Source of the DNA: Candidatus Thorarchaeota archaeon SMTZ1-45
GTDB taxonomy: Archaea; Asgardarchaeota; Thorarchaeia; Thorarchaeales; Thorarchaeaceae
DNA length: 45,099 bases
Direction of reading: 5' to 3'
Assembly: GCA_001563335.1 (NCBI GenBank)
Contig: LRSL01000063.1
Coordinates: forward strand, 1-45,099
Shown in pieces: positions 38,849 through 45,099 of the stretch. Within the stretch, counting starts at the first letter, position 1; every line of letters starts with the position of its first letter. Made by a program: the position numbers and the translations under genes. Under the pieces are notes generated by a model that saw only the letters and a program-made list of their open reading frames with translations, was not told the origin of the DNA and ran no database searches.

Positions 38849-39469
38849 ATGAACTTTGGAATCCCTGGTGATAGAAGCTACAAGCTTGTACTCATTGGAG
38901 ACGGAGCAGTAGGCAAGACCAGCATTCGAGAGCGTTATTTGGGGAAGGGATTCAAAAGAAGTCAGCTCGCAACAATTGGCGTTGATTTTGCACAAAAATA
39001 TACCACTTATAATGGAGTTAATGTCAGGCATATTATATGGGACCTTGCAGGTCAACCTTCATTCGCTAGTGTACGACGACACTACTATCAAGGTAGTAGC
39101 GCTATCCTCCTTGTTTATTCAGTAGTAGAAAGAGAGTCTTTTGATAATGCAAGTAAGTGGTTAGTGGAGGCTCACAAACATCTGCGAGGCAAAGAATGGG
39201 CAGGTTGGGAATGGTTTCCGACTGCCATAATAGGGAACAAGATAGATTTGAGAGAGTCAGGACAGTTCGAGGATATCGTATCGACTGAGGAAGGGCGAGC
39301 TTTTGCAGAACTCTTTTGTGAAAAACTCAAAGCGCCTGTGCTCTATAAAGAAACATCTGCTTTGACTGGAGAGAACATCAATGAAACCTTCTCTGATTTG
39401 ACTGGATTGATGTTCGAGGCGGATGAGAATAGGCTACCTAGACGTGTTGAAACTTCAAACAAAGAATGA
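38849..39469 (+). CDS. Rab-like small GTPase (Ras superfamily)
   Basis: GDGAVGKT, TIGVDF, WDLAGQ, NKID, ETSA; no C-terminal Cys; ATG at 38849 after AGGAG. Confidence 0.92.
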   Translation: MNFGIPGDRSYKLVLIGDGAVGKTSIRERYLGKGFKRSQLATIGVDFAQKYTTYNGVNVRHIIWDLAGQPSFASVRRHYYQGSSAILLVYSVVERESFDNASKWLVEAHKHLRGKEWAGWEWFPTAIIGNKIDLRESGQFEDIVSTEEGRAFAELFCEKLKAPVLYKETSALTGENINETFSDLTGLMFEADENRLPRRVETSNKE

Positions 39470-39564
39470 TAAACAACGATTCTATCAATGAACTTACAAA
39501 ACATTGAATCTCTTCTACATGCCTTTTTTAAAAAGAAACGAGAGCTCTCGGCTCTCTCCTTCTT

Positions 39565-41349
39565 TTACAGAGTTTCTTCAAACTGCTTGATGAACTCTTT
39601 AAACTGGTCAATACCCTTCTGCCAGAACTCTTCTTTCGTGATATTAAATCCAATCTCTGCCGCTAAATCTCGAGGACTTTTGCTCGAGCCAGCAGCAAGC
39701 AATGCCTTCAATTTGGGCACGAACTCTCTTCCCTGCTCTTTGTATAGTCTATACATGGCATAGACAAACAACTGAGCATAGACATATGGGTAGTTGTAGT
39801 ATCTGAGGCTGGGCATGTAAAAGTGAAGTTTGAATGTCCACCACCAACGCATCTCATCTATCCATTCTACTGAATCTCCGTACATCATATCTCGTGCTTC
39901 AACCCAGAGTTTTGATATAAGGTCGCCATCAAGATATTTCCCTTTCTCGATAGCTTCATAGAGCGCACTCTCAAACCAAATTCTAGTTGCCACTTGAAAT
40001 GCTGTATCTCCAAACTCATCACAAACAGTAGCTAGTATAGACCTTCTCTCTTCCTTGGTTTTGACTTGATTGAGTAGTTTTTCAGTAATCAATAGTTCTC
40101 CAAAGATTGAACCCGTTTCAGCAACACAATAGCTGATGTCGTAATTTGAGGGCTTCTGAGCACGAGTGCCAAGATAGGCATGCATTGCATGACCTAACTC
40201 ATGAGCTTGTGTAAATACATCTGACATAATGCCATTGAAACTCTGAAGAATGTAAGCACTCTTCCCAGAATGCCAAGTTACGCAGTATGCTCCGGATCTC
40301 TTTCCATTTCGGACTTCTGCATCTATATGCCGCCTTTGAAACATCTCTTGCATCCAAGCTCCTACTTCTTCGTCAAACTCACTATATGCTTTAACAACCA
40401 AATTTTGAGACTCCTCCCAAGTATACTTCTTGTCAGGTGTATCGTTCAAAGGAGCCATGATGTCCCAATTACCAAGTTTCTTGAAACCCAACAATCTAGC
40501 CTTAAGACGAAGATAGTCCTGATAGACACCTCGATTCTTTTTAATTGTATTAAATAATGCATTGATGGTTTCTTCATCGACATCATTAACGAGAAAACTC
40601 TGAGTCATGGGTGACTCCCATTTCCTCATCTTGACCATTTGTAAATGGTCCGAACAGATTGCCCTCAAGGCTGCAGCCCAGAGAATATTATCATTTCCAA
40701 GATCATGATAGACGACCTCATGAACACGTCTTCGTAATTCACGATCTGGGTGTTGGTAATATTGAATAATCTCGCCATAGGGTAATGTCTTGATTTCACC
40801 ATCAATCTCCAACTCATATGCACGAGTAGCTAACCAATCGCCTTGCAGTTGAGACCATGCACGAATACCATTCTTGTCCTTCGCAATGATTACCTTCTCC
40901 TCAGCTTCACTTAGCATGTACGGCACTGCTCTTCGTATCTTTTCCAAGAAATGCTTGTACTCCAAGAGAACTGGATCGTCAACAATACTGGGATTCTTGG
41001 TGAGTAGCTCGCCAAGTTCCAGAGGAATAAAAGCAGCCGCCTGTTGGACTAACATTGATGCAGCTCTAGCTTTGTCGGCCAATCTCTTTGCTACATCATT
41101 GTTCATCTCTGCGTCATACATGCGGAAGGCATAGATGAAAACGCCTTCATACTGTAACGTTTCTCTGTCACTTTCCTCAAGCATATCGAGAAGCTGTTTT
41201 GCATTGTATGTCCCAATCTTTCCACGATGTCTTTCACTGAACTCTTCAGCAGCCTTTACTGAAGCAGCTAATTGCTCTTCAATGTAACCAAGATCATCAA
41301 ATTCAACCAGTTGAGAGAGATCCCATTTCATCTTCATAGACTCAGTCAT
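39565..41349 (-). CDS. pepF: Oligoendopeptidase F (peptidase M3B)
   Basis: WDLS, GKRSGAY, HELGH, AETGS, HFY, YNYPY. Confidence 0.92.
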   Translation of the reverse strand: MTESMKMKWDLSQLVEFDDLGYIEEQLAASVKAAEEFSERHRGKIGTYNAKQLLDMLEESDRETLQYEGVFIYAFRMYDAEMNNDVAKRLADKARAASMLVQQAAAFIPLELGELLTKNPSIVDDPVLLEYKHFLEKIRRAVPYMLSEAEEKVIIAKDKNGIRAWSQLQGDWLATRAYELEIDGEIKTLPYGEIIQYYQHPDRELRRRVHEVVYHDLGNDNILWAAALRAICSDHLQMVKMRKWESPMTQSFLVNDVDEETINALFNTIKKNRGVYQDYLRLKARLLGFKKLGNWDIMAPLNDTPDKKYTWEESQNLVVKAYSEFDEEVGAWMQEMFQRRHIDAEVRNGKRSGAYCVTWHSGKSAYILQSFNGIMSDVFTQAHELGHAMHAYLGTRAQKPSNYDISYCVAETGSIFGELLITEKLLNQVKTKEERRSILATVCDEFGDTAFQVATRIWFESALYEAIEKGKYLDGDLISKLWVEARDMMYGDSVEWIDEMRWWWTFKLHFYMPSLRYYNYPYVYAQLFVYAMYRLYKEQGREFVPKLKALLAAGSSKSPRDLAAEIGFNITKEEFWQKGIDQFKEFIKQFEETL

Positions 41350-41611
41350 AGCAATCGTCCAAGCGGCTCAACAAATTAATCGTTTAAGAGTACTATGTCA
41401 TGTACATGAACTGAAGAATCAATTAGAACAGAAGGTATTCAAGTTCATGCTCATCCATCTGCGACAACGGTTTCAAAGAATAATTACTTTTTGAACGAAA
41501 TCTATCATCATTCGCTCGGAAATGGAATCAAATTAACCAATACTTAAATAGCACATTTTCTGATAGTGATGATTACATCTCAACTGGATAGGAGATGAAG
41601 GAGAGAATTTT

Positions 41612-43009
41612 ATGGAAACAAAACAAATTGTCGCTGTAGTTCTCATCGTCATAATAATAGCAGGTGTTGCTGTTGGAGTATTCCTATTACTACCTGCTCC
41701 TTATGGTGCGATAGTTATAGGACAATTAGTAACACCAGGCGCTCCAGCTGGTACTCCACGTGAGCAGATTATCAACGTGGGACTATTAGGTGATTTGGGT
41801 GATATCACTGGCCAAGGTAATTGGAAAGGCGCCTATATGGCTTGCGATGAGCTAAATACTGCAGGTGGCATTGAGATAGACGGCGTGACATATTATTTCG
41901 GACTTGTAGCAGAAGACACGTTTGAAGCTGAGGCTCAGCTCGATACAACTAAAGGGACTGCTGCCGCAACGAAGATCATTACACAAGATGGAGCACAATT
42001 CATTATGGGTGGATTCAGGTCTGAAGCGTTGTTGGCATACCTGGAAACTGTAATGGATGAGGATATGCTCTTCCTTGACACGGGAGCTGCTACTGACGTG
42101 TTCTGCGAGAAAGTATCTGGTGGAACTTGGCCCAGCGGCACTGAATCAGATTATGATAGGTACAAGTACTTCTTCCGACTTATGCCAATTAATACTACAT
42201 CCCTGATAACATCGTTGTTCACGTATATAGTATATCTGAAGGGCTTCTTAAATGCAACACAAGGACTTAACGTAACCAGAGTTGCACTTATGCGCGAAGA
42301 CCTCGCTTGGACTGCGACGATGCCTGCTGTCATGAATCTTAAACTGCCATTATTAGGTATGGAGCTGGTTGCAGATGTTGCGTTCCCAATAGACGCTGAA
42401 TCGGCTGACTTTGCTACGTATTGGCAGCAGATTCAGACTGCTGGTGCACAAGTAACAGTGCCAATCCTCTCGGGCTCGGGTGGAATCCTGATGACCACAC
42501 AATATGCCCAAGTTCAGCCAAAATGTGTTTTAGTAGGTATCAATGTAATGGGACAACTTGATAATTACTGGAATAATACTGGTGGTGCTTGTCAGTATGA
42601 AACCCTACTCCAATCAGTCCATCGTACAGCCAAAACTACAAGGACGATTCCATTCTGGGATAACTTCATTGATCACTATGGTGCAGAACCGCTCTACACA
42701 GCCGTGGGAGCATACGATGGCTTGTACATCCTAGCAGAAGCTATTGAGAACGCCCAATCATTGGTTTCAGCAGACATAGTACCCCATTTAGAGGCGATAA
42801 ACACAAATAACCCATTCATAGGGGCGGGTGGCACTATTGCCTTCACTTCAACCCATGATCTGTTTGCGAGCCCAAGCTTCAGCTACACTCTGTTATGTCA
42901 GTGGCAATCAGGTGGAACAAAAGTAGTTGTTCCAACAGGAGGGTATGTTTACCCAGACACTGTTTCAACAGGCACACTATCGCTACCACCATGGGGAATC
43001 AACGCATAG
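41612..43009 (+). CDS. Branched-chain amino-acid type ABC transporter substrate-binding protein
   Basis: N-terminal TM anchor, ELNTAGGI, GGFRSE, YFFR, AYDGLYILAEAIE. Confidence 0.88.
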   Translation: METKQIVAVVLIVIIIAGVAVGVFLLLPAPYGAIVIGQLVTPGAPAGTPREQIINVGLLGDLGDITGQGNWKGAYMACDELNTAGGIEIDGVTYYFGLVAEDTFEAEAQLDTTKGTAAATKIITQDGAQFIMGGFRSEALLAYLETVMDEDMLFLDTGAATDVFCEKVSGGTWPSGTESDYDRYKYFFRLMPINTTSLITSLFTYIVYLKGFLNATQGLNVTRVALMREDLAWTATMPAVMNLKLPLLGMELVADVAFPIDAESADFATYWQQIQTAGAQVTVPILSGSGGILMTTQYAQVQPKCVLVGINVMGQLDNYWNNTGGACQYETLLQSVHRTAKTTRTIPFWDNFIDHYGAEPLYTAVGAYDGLYILAEAIENAQSLVSADIVPHLEAINTNNPFIGAGGTIAFTSTHDLFASPSFSYTLLCQWQSGGTKVVVPTGGYVYPDTVSTGTLSLPPWGINA

Positions 43010-43050
43010 TTGACAATATGGAATTTAGTTGACCCCCCCCCAAAAAAAAC

Positions 43051-43072
43051 TCCCCCCTTTTTATAGGGGGGA
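43051..43072 (+). terminator. Hairpin after the substrate-binding gene
   Basis: tcccccct-ttttat-agggggga, then tgtttcttctttt. Confidence 0.6.
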
Positions 43073-43122
43073 TGTTTCTTCTTTTGAAGGAACTACAAAT
43101 CATATGATACGATAAGAGGTCG

Positions 43123-43983
43123 ATGAAAGTGATTGTGGAAATACTGATTTTTGGTACGGTACAGGGAGCCCTCTTGGCACTCCTTTCGTTAGGTTTTTCT
43201 CTGGTTTATGGAGTAGGCGGACTGCTGAACTTGGCTCATGGAGCATTCTTCCTCATTACAGCTTACGTGATTCATTGGATGATTATCTTCTTCGGATTCG
43301 GATTCTGGATAGCCGCGATTATTAGCCTAGCGGTGGTCGTAGGAGTCTCTGCAGTTACATATCTCGGCCTTATGAAGCCACTGCAGGATTCGCATATTGG
43401 TATCGTTTTGGTTACATTTGCATTGGCATTCTTTTTCGAGCAATTAGTGAGATTCTATAGTTCACAAACGTACTATATTGTCCCACCAGTACCTGGGACC
43501 ATAAACTTCTTTGGAGTTAATTTTCCAGCTCAGCTTCTTGCATTGATGATTGGATCGGCGATACTAGTCACATTAGTGACGCTCTTCATAAGTAAATCAA
43601 AGATTGGCAAGACTATCAGAGCTGTGTCTCAAGATATGGAAGCAGCCAAACTTGTGGGAATTAATACTGACATGGTTCTAATGACAAGCGTAATGATATC
43701 AGCACTGCTTGTGGGATTTGCCGCGGTCTTATACGCTCCAGGGAATTTCATTGCACCGCGAATAGGATGGGGATATCTATTGCTTGCATTTGCAGTGACA
43801 ATCTTTGGTGGAATGGGGAGTATCCCTGGCAGCATACTTGGAGCATTCATAATGGGATATGCGTCATCATTCACTGATTATGTCATAAGCCCCTCGTTGT
43901 CACCAATCATCCCCCTTGTTGTGATTCTAGTTATGCTATTGCTAAGACCACAAGGACTACTTGGGAAGAAGGAGCTGCTTTAG
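43123..43983 (+). CDS. livH: Branched-chain amino-acid ABC transporter permease
   Basis: GFSLVYG..NLAHG, GKTIRAVSQD, GGMGSIPG, RPQGLLG. Confidence 0.88.
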   Translation: MKVIVEILIFGTVQGALLALLSLGFSLVYGVGGLLNLAHGAFFLITAYVIHWMIIFFGFGFWIAAIISLAVVVGVSAVTYLGLMKPLQDSHIGIVLVTFALAFFFEQLVRFYSSQTYYIVPPVPGTINFFGVNFPAQLLALMIGSAILVTLVTLFISKSKIGKTIRAVSQDMEAAKLVGINTDMVLMTSVMISALLVGFAAVLYAPGNFIAPRIGWGYLLLAFAVTIFGGMGSIPGSILGAFIMGYASSFTDYVISPSLSPIIPLVVILVMLLLRPQGLLGKKELL

Positions 43984-43986
43984 CCA

Positions 43987-44967
43987 ATGGCGAGTCTAAG
44001 TATCGACCTTATATCAATGGTCAACAGATTTCGGGTTTGGGCGCTTACATTTCGTGGGAGCATAACCCTATTTTGCCTACTAGGATTGCTGCTAGTACCA
44101 CTTACCGGGAATGAGTATCTAACAACGATCATCATTACCTCCATGATACTGGCGATCTTTGCAGCTAGCTGGGATCTCCTAGCTGGTTTTGCTGGACAGG
44201 TAAGCTTTGGCCATTCTGCATTTTTCGGCATAGCAGGTTATGTTACAGCGGCATTTGTTAGATTCTTAGGTCATCATTGGGTAATCGCACTGCTAGCTGG
44301 GGCAGGAATGGCAGTAGTATTCAGTCTGCTGATTGGGATTCCCTGTCTCAGGTTGAAGGGCCCCTATTTGGCTTTGGGAACACTAGCATTCAGTCTAGTT
44401 CTTTACCGGTTATTCTTGACAGGAACATGGCTAGGGGGTACCGAGGGCATATCAGGATTGCCTAGAGCAGAAAACCCGTATTTGGTATTCTATGCCATCG
44501 CTGGGTTTATGGTGGTATCTCTGGTAGCAATGCGTGCCATAGCAGATTCTAGACTTGGGACAGTTATGAAGGCCATTAGAGATGATGAACTCTGCGCTGA
44601 CGCCTCTGGAATCAACACAACTGTTTACAAACTGCTTGCATTTATGATAAGTGGATTCTTTGCAGGAATAGCAGGCGCAATATTTGTTTTAGACACAACT
44701 GCGGTGAATCCCGCGATCTACCAGCCTCTTTATTCATTCTATGCCATTATAATGGCTTCAATTGGCGGGATTGCAACAATATATGGATCAATCATTGGTG
44801 CATTTCTCTTCATAATCCTTAGTGAGGTTCTTAGACCTCTAGCTGCTGCTGCGCTACTAATTTTCGCTGCATTGCTAATTCTGATTATTCGATTTGCCGA
44901 GGAGGGAGTCATGAATCCGGTATTGGAGAAAGTGCAGGAGCTGTATGATAAAATCAGGGGGAGGTAG
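43987..44967 (+). CDS. livM: Branched-chain amino-acid ABC transporter permease
   Basis: [23 protein letters not shown]. Confidence 0.88.
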   Translation: MASLSIDLISMVNRFRVWALTFRGSITLFCLLGLLLVPLTGNEYLTTIIITSMILAIFAASWDLLAGFAGQVSFGHSAFFGIAGYVTAAFVRFLGHHWVIALLAGAGMAVVFSLLIGIPCLRLKGPYLALGTLAFSLVLYRLFLTGTWLGGTEGISGLPRAENPYLVFYAIAGFMVVSLVAMRAIADSRLGTVMKAIRDDELCADASGINTTVYKLLAFMISGFFAGIAGAIFVLDTTAVNPAIYQPLYSFYAIIMASIGGIATIYGSIIGAFLFIILSEVLRPLAAAALLIFAALLILIIRFAEEGVMNPVLEKVQELYDKIRGR

Positions 44968-44968
44968 G

Positions 44969-45099
44969 ATGGGAGTAATATTAGAAGTAAAGAACCTGAC
45001 TAAGAAATTTGGCGGATTGACTGCAGTTAATGATGTCAACTTCGAAGTACGGAGAGGCGAGTTGCTTGGGTTAATTGGTCCAAACGGCGCGGGAAAGAC
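44969..45099 (+). CDS. livG: Branched-chain amino-acid ABC ATP-binding protein, truncated by window edge
   Basis: [23 protein letters not shown]...[10 protein letters not shown]. Confidence 0.88.
   Translation, partial: MGVILEVKNLTKKFGGLTAVNDVNFEVRRGELLGLIGPNGAGK

Noticed and set aside
43033-43049. C9-A8 homopolymer run as a phase-variation switch
   Set aside because: Intergenic and next to a hairpin; no evidence of length variation, and such runs are error-prone in sequencing
534-44465. Numerous short antisense or alternative-frame ORFs nested in larger genes (e.g. 4334..4774, 8818..9297, 15548..15964, 34741..35184)
   Set aside because: Shadow ORFs overlapping motif-supported CDSs, with no independent coding evidence

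Overview
Gene-dense archaeal window, most likely from an Asgard archaeon (Thorarchaeia-like; inferred from gene content, not phylogeny). It carries a Sulfolobus-type geranylgeranyl reductase, TrmB/Lrp/HTH-10 regulators, a Rab-like small GTPase and a divergent profilin-like protein. Ordinary content includes a lipoate locus (LipS2-type radical SAM, split LplA/LplB), agmatinase, nucleoside (BMP) and branched-chain amino-acid ABC transporters, oligoendopeptidase F and several hydrolases and oxidoreductases. No rRNA, intact tRNA, CRISPR array or transposase was seen. Most notable: (1) a decaying tandem set of C-terminally membrane-anchored surface hydrolase genes at 25.2-27.2 kb, with a structured 105-bp direct repeat flanking the intact gene; (2) a signal-peptide-less M23-like Zn hydrolase inside the lipoate locus; (3) a divergent profilin-like gene head-to-head with an uncalled 56-aa highly basic ORF; (4) two genes that seem to need ATT/ATC start codons behind GGAGGT ribosome-binding sites; (5) a coiled-coil/winged-helix/M50-like protease cluster. 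All family assignments come from reading motifs by eye; no searches were run.
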